The translations under genes and the position numbers were made by a program. 64,000 nt of DNA, from the NCBI GenBank assembly GCA_963782055.1, contig CAWAIF010000003.1:1664001-1728000 (forward strand). The letters are read 5' to 3'. The notes beneath the pieces are model-generated. The model had not been told where the DNA came from, made no database searches, and saw only the letters and a program-made list of their open reading frames with translations. This document shows positions 9,940 to 18,524 of the stretch, piece by piece; the first letter of the stretch is position 1, and the number at the start of each line of letters is the position of its first letter. Source of the DNA: an uncultured delta proteobacterium. Its GTDB lineage: Bacteria > Myxococcota_A > Polyangia > Polyangiales > Polyangiaceae.

Positions 9940-9970
9940 AAAGAGAAGAGCCCCGGCAAAAGCCGAGGCT
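9940..9970 (-). terminator. Rho-independent terminator after tRNA-fMet
   Basis: Minus strand AGCCTCGGC-TTTT-GCCGGGGCT followed by pyrimidine tail CTTCTCTTT. Confidence 0.7.
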
Positions 9971-9973
9971 TCT

Positions 9974-10050
<77 letters not shown>

Positions 10051-10134
10051 TCGTGAGGAGGGGCAACATACTTGCGCGCGGCCCGGTGTCAAGGCCGCTC
10101 GTGGAGCGGCCGATGATCGCGGCCACATCCGGCC

Positions 10135-10575
10135 TCAAGGACGCGTGCCCTCGCCATCGCCTGACGGACGCCGCCGCCGTTTGGGCGGCGGCCAGCGCGA
10201 CCGGAGGATCGCGATGACGCCGGTGATGAAGGGAAACACTCCCATGGTGGCGCCGGCCATCAGGGCCATGCGCGCCTCCTGTTTCGACTGCCGGTGCAGC
10301 TCCTCGTAGTCGTCCCGGGTGATGCCGCGGTCGAGCTGCTCGCTGTGCGTCTCGGAGCGCGCGAACGTCATGGCGACGGCCCCCGCCATGTCACAGCCCA
10401 TGGCGCAGACGAGCGCCAGCCAGCCGAAGCCTGCCGCGACGGTGTGCCACCGCCGCGCGATCACCACCCCGAGCACGCCGACCACCGCGCCTGCGGCGAA
10501 CAGCGCGAGGATGATCAGGAAGGGCAGCGGGTCGTCCTCCACCACGCTCGTCCATGTCGGCTGCTCCAGCTCCAT
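10135..10575 (-). CDS. Hypothetical 3-TM membrane protein (paralog A)
   Basis: C-terminal part of ORF 10135..12057 from MELEQPTW; three hydrophobic helices; aligns with the neighbouring gene. Confidence 0.75.
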   Translation of the reverse strand: MELEQPTWTSVVEDDPLPFLIILALFAAGAVVGVLGVVIARRWHTVAAGFGWLALVCAMGCDMAGAVAMTFARSETHSEQLDRGITRDDYEELHRQSKQEARMALMAGATMGVFPFITGVIAILRSRWPPPKRRRRPSGDGEGTRP

Positions 10576-10709
10576 CCGCACCCCCGCGAAGCTTCCAGGA
10601 TAAGGCGTCGCTGCGCGGCGCGTAAGGATCGAACGTCCAAAAGTGAGAACCGGCCGCTGGGTCGGAGGACGCAAGTCGTTCGTCGCCGGCGACGCTTGCG
10701 ACGAACGCG

Positions 10710-11102
10710 CTATCTGCGCGCGGCGTGTGCCTTGGCCTGCGCGATGGCGATGACTCCGACGGCGAAAGGTATGATGCTCATCATAATCCCGGCCACCAGG
10801 CAATAGTGGCCCTCCAGCTCGGCGTGGGCCTGGACCGCCTCCACGTCGGCAAGGGTCATGCCGCGGACCAGCGCGCTCAGCGGCGGCTCGGCCGACTCCG
10901 CGACGAACATGGTGAGGAGGCCGACGGCGTCGCACACGGTGGCGATGCCCACCGCGACCCAGCCGAGCTTGCGGCTGGTCGCGCACCGCCTTCGCGCCAT
11001 CGAGATCCCGGCGACGCCGAAGGCGGCACCCATCGCGAACAACACGCCCATCGCGACAAACGGCAACGGGTGCTCCTCGAGCACGCCAAGAAGCTGACTC
11101 AT
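10710..11102 (-). CDS. Hypothetical 3-TM membrane protein (paralog B)
   Basis: Shares PLPF..LFA.GA..GV.G...ARR, GW, CD..G and PF..GVIAI with paralog A; GGGAGGG RBS. Confidence 0.78.
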   Translation of the reverse strand: MSQLLGVLEEHPLPFVAMGVLFAMGAAFGVAGISMARRRCATSRKLGWVAVGIATVCDAVGLLTMFVAESAEPPLSALVRGMTLADVEAVQAHAELEGHYCLVAGIMMSIIPFAVGVIAIAQAKAHAARR

Positions 11103-11222
11103 GTTCCCTCCCCTGATGCAGCAAAGGGGAGAGTAGGCAATTGAAGCCGATTGGGAAGACCCGAAGGGGATAATTCCGGGTGCACCATTTTCGGCGCTCT
11201 CGAGGAGGCGTCGCGCCTCGTG

Positions 11223-12041
11223 TCACCGCGCCCGGGCGCGCTCCAGCTCCTCGGGGGAGTGAGCGCAGAAGACGCGCACGTCGGAGTGCTCGCGCGCGAG
11301 CAAACGCAGCCGACCCAGGTTCTGCCGTCGCGCGTCCAGGTCCATCGCGATGGCGGTCTGGAACAGCTCCAGCAGGGGAGGGGCCACCGCGCCCCGCGTG
11401 ATCTCGCGCTCGTGGAAGTAGGCGTCGCCGGCGTGGAGGAGCCAGTCGTCGCCGTCGCGCACCGCGATCCCGGCGTGCCCCAGGGTGTGGCCGACGAGCG
11501 GCACGATCGCGACGTCGGCGTCGAGCCCTTCGATCGGTCGGACGGCCTGGAATCCCTTCCATGTGTCGCCGCCCAGATCGTGCCGCCGCCACTTCACGTC
11601 GTGGGCCCACTCGGCGGAGACGTAGCGCCGGCGTTCGATGAGGGTGCGGCGCGCCACGGCGGCCTCGTGCTCCGGGGCGTAGAGGTGCACCTCGGCGTCG
11701 GGGAAGTCGGGCAGGCCCCCGGCGTGGTCGACGTCCAGGTGGGTGACGATGACGTGCCGAACGTCCTCGCGCGCGAAGCCGAGCGCCTCGATCGCGCGGA
11801 GGGCGGTGGAGCGCGTGCCGCCGCGAGCGGCGAGCAGCCGCCGCGACGCGGCGTCGATGCGGCGCGCCGTGTCCTCGTCGGCGGCGAAGAGGCCGGTGTC
11901 CACCAGGACGAGCCCGCGGTTGGTCTCGACGAGCAGGCAGTGGCACACCAGCCGCGCCTGGCGGAAGAGCGCGCCGCCGGAGAGCAGGCCACCACCGAGG
12001 GGGCACATCGTCACCGCGTCGAAATGGTGGACCCGAGGCAT
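11223..12041 (-). CDS. Metallo-beta-lactamase fold hydrolase
   Basis: LVLVDTG, THLDVDHAGG (HxDxDH), GHTLGH, LLHAGDAYF, FCAH. Confidence 0.92.
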   Translation of the reverse strand: MPRVHHFDAVTMCPLGGGLLSGGALFRQARLVCHCLLVETNRGLVLVDTGLFAADEDTARRIDAASRRLLAARGGTRSTALRAIEALGFAREDVRHVIVTHLDVDHAGGLPDFPDAEVHLYAPEHEAAVARRTLIERRRYVSAEWAHDVKWRRHDLGGDTWKGFQAVRPIEGLDADVAIVPLVGHTLGHAGIAVRDGDDWLLHAGDAYFHEREITRGAVAPPLLELFQTAIAMDLDARRQNLGRLRLLAREHSDVRVFCAHSPEELERARAR

Positions 12042-12069
12042 GCGTCACCGTTAGCACGAAGCCGCGCGG

Positions 12070-13056
12070 TTACGGCGTCACGAGGAACGCCGGGACGTCC
12101 GGCACCTTGTCCAGGATCTTCAGGTCGACGAGCTGCTCGCCCAGGAGCTGCCAGCGCGCCTTCGTCATCGACCCGACCGGCGCGCCCCCCTCCGGCTGGA
12201 CGAGCTTCTGCTGCGCGGCCGCGGCGCCGGCGAAGGTGGCGGCGTCCATCGCCGGGTTGAGCTTCTGCATCGCCGCGTTGGCGGGCGCCGGGTCGGCGAG
12301 GTAGGCCTTCCAGCCTTCGCGCGCGGCCTCCACGAAGGCGCGCACGTCGGCCCGCCGCGCCTCGAAGGTGGCGCGGCTCACGATGACCACGCCCACGTAG
12401 GGGTTGAAGCCCTCGTCGGCGACCAGGAAGACCTGCGGATCGCCGCCCTTCTTCTTCGCCGCGAGCGGCTCGGCGGTGACGTAGCACTGCTGCGCGTAGT
12501 CCCTGTCGACCATGAAGCGCGCGACGCCGCCGTCGTACGGGACGATGGAGACCTTGCCGAAGCCGTACTTCTTCTTCAGGAACGCCGCGTACGGCAGGCC
12601 GGGCTCGATGGCGAGGGTGCCGGAAGAGAGCACGTCGCCGAGGGTCTTCGCGCCGCGCGAGGCGTGGACCATGATGCCTTGCGGGGAGGTCTGGAAGGTC
12701 GCGAACACCGGCAGCACGTCGGCGCCACGCGCGCGGGCGGTGAGGATCTCGTCGGCGCCGGCGACGCCGAGCTCCACCTTGCCGCTCGCCACCTGCTGCA
12801 CCACCGGCGCGCCCGCGCCGCCGCCCTGGATGGTGACGTCCAGGCCGTGGCGCGCGAAGGCGCCGGACTCGCGCGCGGCGTAGAAGCCGCCGAACTCCGG
12901 CTCGGGGACCCAGTCGAGGGCGAGGGTGAGGTGCGCGTGGGTCGCGCCGTCCTGCGCCGCGGGCGCGGGGTGCTTCCTGGAGCAGGCAACGATTGGCAGG
13001 AGAAGCGGCAGCGCCCAGGCGAGCCATCCGAGGACGAAACGGCGCGCGTCGGTCAT
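12070..13056 (-). CDS. ABC transporter substrate-binding lipoprotein, NMT1/THI5 family
   Basis: Lipobox IVAC; LALDWVPEPEFGGFYAA..G.F..GLDV.I..GG. Confidence 0.9.
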   Translation of the reverse strand: MTDARRFVLGWLAWALPLLLPIVACSRKHPAPAAQDGATHAHLTLALDWVPEPEFGGFYAARESGAFARHGLDVTIQGGGAGAPVVQQVASGKVELGVAGADEILTARARGADVLPVFATFQTSPQGIMVHASRGAKTLGDVLSSGTLAIEPGLPYAAFLKKKYGFGKVSIVPYDGGVARFMVDRDYAQQCYVTAEPLAAKKKGGDPQVFLVADEGFNPYVGVVIVSRATFEARRADVRAFVEAAREGWKAYLADPAPANAAMQKLNPAMDAATFAGAAAAQQKLVQPEGGAPVGSMTKARWQLLGEQLVDLKILDKVPDVPAFLVTP

Positions 13057-13069
13057 CGGCACGGGACGC

Positions 13070-14185
13070 TAGCACGGCGACCGACCTGGATCCGGAGGAG
13101 CTGTTTCAGACGCTCGCGACCATCTCGACCGGTGCCGAGCCGGACATCCAGCACAACGTGGCGGTGCGCCAGCAGCTCACGCAGCAATACCTGCCCCTCG
13201 TTCCGACGATGGTCTACCCGCCCGACCCGTCCTTCCTCGTGGGGAACCTGATGACGGCGCGGCTCCACGTGGGGGACTTCTGGGGGGTGCCCGACCCGAC
13301 TGGCCCGGGCGCCATCCCTGGCCCGAATGGAAGCGTCAAATCCGTGAAGGTCGTTCAGGACGGGATCTGCTCCCAGGATCTCGCCTATGTCACCGCCGAC
13401 CAGACCGGACTGCTCGACCAGATCGGCGACGGTGCGTACGGCGGCTTCCGTGACCTGGTTGCCCGCGGAGAGGCTGGCGGGGTTGGCTGCACCAAGCGCT
13501 ACTGGTCGAACGTCGTCCCCTACCTCCACCAGAGCGCGGCTCGTGAAGATGCCGATGGCGGGTTCTTCTTCCGCTTCGCGTACGAGTTCAACGCGAACGT
13601 CGTCGCCTCGACCGCCGTCATCTTCGAGTACAACGTGGCGTACCGGTGGCGGCTGCTCGACGGCATCGTCGACGTGGACCCGATCTTCAGCGATGACTCC
13701 TACCGGGATGGGACGGGCCGCCAGGCCATCGAGCAGGCCGTCACGGATCTGTTGCTGAAGGCCAACGACGAGACGGTCCACCAGAGCGACCTGATCAACC
13801 CGGCGCCCATGACTCTCGCCAAGGAGGTGCACGACATCGCGGCGGAGAAGCAGCGCCTCTACTCCTTCGTCCCCAGCAATGATCCGAAGGACCCATACAA
13901 GTACGCCATGACGTGCGATCCGATCGAGACGCACCCTCAGCCGGGCTTCCACGACGTGCTGGACGATCGCGTTCCCAGCCAGCCGCCGTCGGGAGCGAAC
14001 CTGTGCCAGGGATTCGTCATGCAGATGGAGAACTTCGTCCAGGGAGCGTATGGCGTCGTCACACCGCCGCTCTCGAGTCTCGAGCAGCAGCGGGTCATCC
14101 AGACCATCACGGAGGTGGACTCCGACGGCTACTACAAGCACTTCCGGTGCGCCCATCGAGAGGGGCCGCCGCTGCCCAATGGCAA
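13070..14185 (+). pseudogene. Internal fragment of a large hypothetical protein, truncated by the IS
   Basis: Open frame of ORF 12993..14258 has protein-like composition, but its start overlaps the divergent SBP gene and its end runs into IS sequence. Boundaries approximate. Confidence 0.6.
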
Positions 14186-15618
14186 GGGTGGAGATCTGAC
14201 CGTGACGCCCGATCGCGCGGGAATTAACGCGATCCGTCGTTCGTTCGCGGCGGCATGATGATCCCGAACCGAGTGACGGCCGCGCGAGCGGCCACGAGTG
14301 TCCCGCCGAGCGAGCCGTCGACCCTGGAGAAACTGCGGAAGTTCGTCGAAACTCACCGGATGAAGGAGAAGATGGGGCCGCAGGCGTTCGCCCAGTTCGA
14401 GAAGGAGCTGCACGAGCGGATGATGGAGGCGGAGCGCGACATCGTGGCCGCGGAGATGAAGCGGCTCGATGTCGACGCCGACGCGGTGGTGATCGACGGC
14501 AAGGTCCATCGCCGGGTGCTGCGCGCGTCGCAGACGTACATCACGTCGGCCGGCGAGGTCGTCGTCGAGCGCACGCTCTACAAGGACCGGAAGGACGAGG
14601 ATGGACGCTGCGTGAGCCCGATGGAGCTGACGCTCGGCGTGATCGGCGACTTCTGGACGCCGCGCGCCGCGCAGCAGGCGCTCTGGGTCGCCGCGCAGAT
14701 GACGCCGAAGAAGGGGGCCGAGTTGTTCGAGCGCATCGGGAACATGGCGCCATCCAAGAGCAGCCTCGATCGGCTGCCGAAGCTCGTCGCCAAGCGTTGG
14801 GAGGGCGATCGCGAAGCGTTCGAGGCCGCGCTCCGCGACGGCCTCCAGGTGCCCGAGGGTACGACCTCGATCGCCGTCTCGCTCGACGGCGTTCTCGCTC
14901 CGATCGACGGTGCGAACAGCCCGACGGAGGTGCGCGCAAGAGCCGCCGACGAAGGACGTCTGAGCAAGGGGCCGGCCGGATACCGCGAGGCGAGCTGCGC
15001 AACGATTCTCGTTCTGCGACGACAAGGGCGATCTGCTCGGCGCGATTCGCATGGCGCGCGCGCCGGAGGCGAAGAAGAAGACCTTGAAGGAGATGCTGGC
15101 CGCCGAGATCGCCGCCGTCCTCCGACGCAAGCCCACGCTGAAGCTCGTGAAGGTCGCGGACGGCGCGGCGGACAACTGGCAGTACCTCTCGTCGGACGCG
15201 CTGCCGGCCGGCGACGAGGTCGTCGACTTCTTTCACGCGAGCGAGCATCTGCATGCAGCGATCGCCGAGGCATACGGCGACGCGACGCACGAGACGCAGT
15301 TCCGCTACGCGACGCTCCGCGACACGCTGCGCGACGAGGAGGACGGCGTCGACAAGGTCATCCGCGCCCTCAAGCACCTCGCGAGCAAGCACTCGCGCAA
15401 GGCGATCATCGCGCGCGAGCTGGCCTACTTCCGCAAGCACAAGCGGCGGATGCGCTACTTCGACCTGCAGTCGAAGGGACTCATGATCGGCTCGGGCATC
15501 GTCGAGGCCGCATGCAAGACGCTCGTCACGCAGCGCCTGAAGCAGAGCGGGATGCGATGGAGCACGCCCGGCGCTCAGGCGATCCTCACGCCGCGCGGAT
15601 GGGACCAGAGCGAGCGCG
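14186..15618 (+). mobile_element. Truncated ISKra4-like insertion sequence (DDE transposase)
   Basis: Transposase from 14255: IAVSLDGV, VADGAADNW, VDFFHASEHL, IGSGIVEAACKTLVTQRLKQSGMRWS. +1 frameshift at ~15006. Candidate left end GGGTGGAGATCTGAC at 14186; no matching right end seen. Confidence 0.8.
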
Positions 15619-15945
15619 ACGTTCGCGACGATGCCGACCGATCCCGAGCCGGACATTGAGTACAACGTGGCTGTGCGCGAGCAACTCACGTAGCAGTACG
15701 TGTGCGCGGGTCGATCGCCAACGCATCCGTACAGCATGTGCCAGAACCTCCTGGGCACGCCGCAGACGACGTGGTGCACCGCGGCGGACCCCACCATTTG
15801 CGGGCAAGGACGTGGGTGTTTCATCTACACCGTGGACGGCCCATCGCAGTCGTTCGCCGACGCACATGGTGTCTGCATCGACATCGGCATCTGCCTCGCC
15901 GCCGGCCAGTCCTACCCGGGCGGCGCGAAGTGCGTGCATCAGTAG
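15619..15945 (+). pseudogene. Decayed fragment of a paralog of the 13070-14185 gene, with Cys-rich C-terminus
   Basis: 15619-15699 matches 13110-13190 at 67/81 nt and has an in-frame TAG (15691); the frame continues into Cys-rich ORF 15700..15945. Confidence 0.6.
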
Positions 15946-16733
15946 CCTGATCGGAAGGACGCGTGCCATCGGCGCAGCAGGAGGTAGCCCAGCAGGCTCA
16001 CCGCGCCGAAGAGCAAGAGGCCCAGGCCGGACGCGAAGCCGACCGCGGCGAAGAGCAGGTCGGTCCGGAGCTGGCGGTACGACGACAGGATGAGGATGCC
16101 CAGCCCCGCCCCCGACTCGGAGAAGCCGGCGACGAACTCGCCGACGATGGCCCCGATGACGGCGAGCCCGGCCGCCACGCGCAGGCCGGTGACGATGCTG
16201 GGCAGCGCGGAGGGGAGCTGCAGCTTGGTGAGCGTCGCCAGCCGCGAGGCGCCGTAGAGGCGGAACAGATCCCGCAGCGCGGGGTCCGCCGAGCGGATGC
16301 CGCTCAGCGCGCTGGCGATGACGGGGAAGACGGAGACGATGAACGCGGAGACGGTGACCGCGCGCATGCCCGCGCCGAACCACAGCACCAGGAGCGGCGC
16401 GATCGCCACGATGGGCACGGTCTGGAGGAACACCGTGTACGGGTAGAGCGCGCGCTCCATCGGTCGCGACGACGCGAGCACGATGGCCGCGAGCGTCCCG
16501 AAGACGGCCGAGAGCACGAAGCCGTAGAGCGCCGCGCGCGCGGTGACCGAGGCGGCGGCGAGCAGGGCAGGGAGCTGCGCTCCCGCGGCGCGCGCGACGG
16601 CCGAGGGCGGCGGGAGCAGGTACTCCGGCACGTGCAGCGCCCGGGCGAGCGCCTCCCACGCCCCGACCAGGACGACGAAGGCCGCCAGCGGGGGCAGCGC
16701 CGCCCGCAGGATCCGTCCGGCGCGCGAGGTCAC
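15939..16733 (-). CDS. ABC transporter permease (SsuC/NitT family)
   Basis: WE...YLLPPPS, LQTVPIVAIAPLLVLWFG, LYGASR..L.KL.LP.ALP, IGAIVGEF; GTG start overlapping the ATPase stop. Confidence 0.93.
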   Translation of the reverse strand: MTSRAGRILRAALPPLAAFVVLVGAWEALARALHVPEYLLPPPSAVARAAGAQLPALLAAASVTARAALYGFVLSAVFGTLAAIVLASSRPMERALYPYTVFLQTVPIVAIAPLLVLWFGAGMRAVTVSAFIVSVFPVIASALSGIRSADPALRDLFRLYGASRLATLTKLQLPSALPSIVTGLRVAAGLAVIGAIVGEFVAGFSESGAGLGILILSSYRQLRTDLLFAAVGFASGLGLLLFGAVSLLGYLLLRRWHASFRSGY

Positions 16734-17500
16734 GCGCCCCCTCGTTCCAGCGCCTCGCGCAGGGCGCGGCACTCCTTCGCGAACGCCGGCTCGTCACGCA
16801 GCGCGACGTCGCGCGCGGCGGGCAGGTCGAGCGGGTGGTCCAGCACCACGCGAGCGGGCCGCTGCGACAGCACGACTGCGCGCTCGGCGAGGTAGGTCGC
16901 CTCGTCCACCGAGTGGGTGACGAAGAGCACCGTCAGCCCGAGGCGCCTCCACAGATCCCGGAGCTGATCGTCCAGGCGCTGCCGCGTCAGCTCGTCCAGC
17001 GCGGCGAAGGGCTCGTCCAGGAGCAAGAGGCGCGGGCCGGTCACCAGCGCGCGCGCCAGCGAGACGCGCATCCGCATGCCGCCGGAGAGCTCGGCCGGCA
17101 GGCGCGCGGCGGCGTCGGCGAGGCCCACGTCGGCGAGCACCGCGCGGGCCTTCTCGCGGCGCTCCCGCGCGCCCACGCCCTCCAGCTCGAGGGGCAGCGC
17201 GGCGTTGTCCACCACGTCGCGCCACGGCAGCAGGTGCGCGTCCTGGAAGACGAAGGCGACGCCCCCGTCGCGCGGCGCGGGCTCCAGCGTCACGGCGCCC
17301 GCGTCCGGCCGATCCAGGCCGGCGACCAGCCGCAGCAGGGTGGACTTGCCGCACCCGGAGGGCCCGAGCAGGGCGACGAAGGCGCCGGGCGCGATGTCCA
17401 GGTCCAGCGCGTCGAGCACCGCGCCGCCCTCCTCGAAGGCGCGCCCGAGCCCGGCGACGCGCACGCCGATGCCGCGCGTCTCTCCGCTCGCCGACGTCAT
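16730..17500 (-). CDS. ABC transporter ATP-binding protein (SsuB/NitT family)
   Basis: GPSGCGKST, LSGGMRMR, LLLLDEPFAALD, FVTHS. Confidence 0.95.
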   Translation of the reverse strand: MTSASGETRGIGVRVAGLGRAFEEGGAVLDALDLDIAPGAFVALLGPSGCGKSTLLRLVAGLDRPDAGAVTLEPAPRDGGVAFVFQDAHLLPWRDVVDNAALPLELEGVGARERREKARAVLADVGLADAAARLPAELSGGMRMRVSLARALVTGPRLLLLDEPFAALDELTRQRLDDQLRDLWRRLGLTVLFVTHSVDEATYLAERAVVLSQRPARVVLDHPLDLPAARDVALRDEPAFAKECRALREALERGGA

Positions 17501-17524
17501 CGACTTCGCGTGTTAGCCCATCTC

Positions 17525-17548
17525 CCCCTCTCCCGCGAGGGAGAGGGG
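17525..17548. repeat. REP-like GC hairpin
   Basis: CCCCTCTCCC-GCGA-GGGAGAGGGG: perfect 10-bp stem with GNRA loop in a 62-nt intergenic gap. Confidence 0.7.
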
Positions 17549-17562
17549 AGTCGGGGGTGACG

Positions 17563-18390
17563 TCAGCGCTTCCGCAGCATGCTGCTCGCGTCCTTCGGCG
17601 AGAGGGCGCCCTCCGCCACGCGGTGCAGGATGCTCTCCACGTCGCGGTCGTCGCGCGGGGGCGTCGACGCGCCGCGCTGGCGGTAGGACTCGCGCACCTT
17701 GATGGTGCCGATGTCGGCGTTGAGCTCCAGCACCGCGGCCGCGCGCGGATCGGACGGGTACTCGACGCGCGCCGCGCCGAGCTCCGTCTTGGCCTTGATG
17801 TTGACGTTCATGCCGCGCGCCAGGTCGACCTTGATGGCCCCCACGCTGGTGTGGATGCGATGGGTGCCGGGCGCGAGCTCGGCAATCTGCAGGCGCACCG
17901 CGCCCGCGGTGGAGGAGATGTCGAAGCTGCCTTGCAGGTCCTCGCCGTCGATGCGCCCTGCCTGCGTCGAGGCGCGCACCGCGCCGTGGACGTCGTCCAG
18001 GCTGATGGCGCCGAAGTCAGTCTCCAGGACGACGGAGCAGCCCTCGAGGCGCTCGGCGTGGATGGTCCCGGCGCTGGAGCGCACGCGGCCGCGGAGCGCG
18101 GCGGGGACGTGCACGACGACACGCGCGCGGACGCCGAAGGCGAGCGGGCCGAGGCCGGTGTCGATGCGGACGCGGGTGGTGTCCGCCTCGGCGCGGATGT
18201 CGACGAGCACGCGCTCGCCGTCGCGGCCGAGCAGCTCCAGGAAGGGCGGCTCGTCGGGATCGAGCGGCACCAGGGTGATCTGCGCCGAGTCGCTCACCAG
18301 CTCCAGGTTGGGGTGCTCCGCGAGCGGAAGGGGGAAGCGCCGCTGCATGGCGTGCGCGCCGGGGGTGCTGGTCATCGTCTGCTGGGTCAT
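17563..18390 (-). CDS. DUF4097-like beta-strand repeat protein
   Basis: Repeating x-T/S-x-x-G-x-I units (SSAGTI, TDFGAI, TQAGRI, STAGAV, TSVGAI); C-terminal ILHRVAEGALSPKDA helical tail. Confidence 0.75.
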   Translation of the reverse strand: MTQQTMTSTPGAHAMQRRFPLPLAEHPNLELVSDSAQITLVPLDPDEPPFLELLGRDGERVLVDIRAEADTTRVRIDTGLGPLAFGVRARVVVHVPAALRGRVRSSAGTIHAERLEGCSVVLETDFGAISLDDVHGAVRASTQAGRIDGEDLQGSFDISSTAGAVRLQIAELAPGTHRIHTSVGAIKVDLARGMNVNIKAKTELGAARVEYPSDPRAAAVLELNADIGTIKVRESYRQRGASTPPRDDRDVESILHRVAEGALSPKDASSMLRKR

Positions 18391-18524
18391 GGTCGCCTCG
18401 CTTTGCCGCGTCCCCTGCGCGTCCCGTGCCGAGGCCGATTTCCAGCACTTATGCGGCCCAAATCCGCATCAGGTTCGTGCCGGGTGCACCGGCTGCGGTC
18501 GCTTCGGCTAGCCTTGCACCCGGA

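Noticed and set aside
14990..15020. Programmed ribosomal frameshift in the transposase
   Set aside because: No slippery heptamer, and the same GAWTCTCG context occurs in two unrelated genes.
17501..17562. TPP riboswitch before the NMT1/THI5 ABC operon
   Set aside because: The gap is only 62 nt and lacks the CTGAGA core; only a simple hairpin is present.
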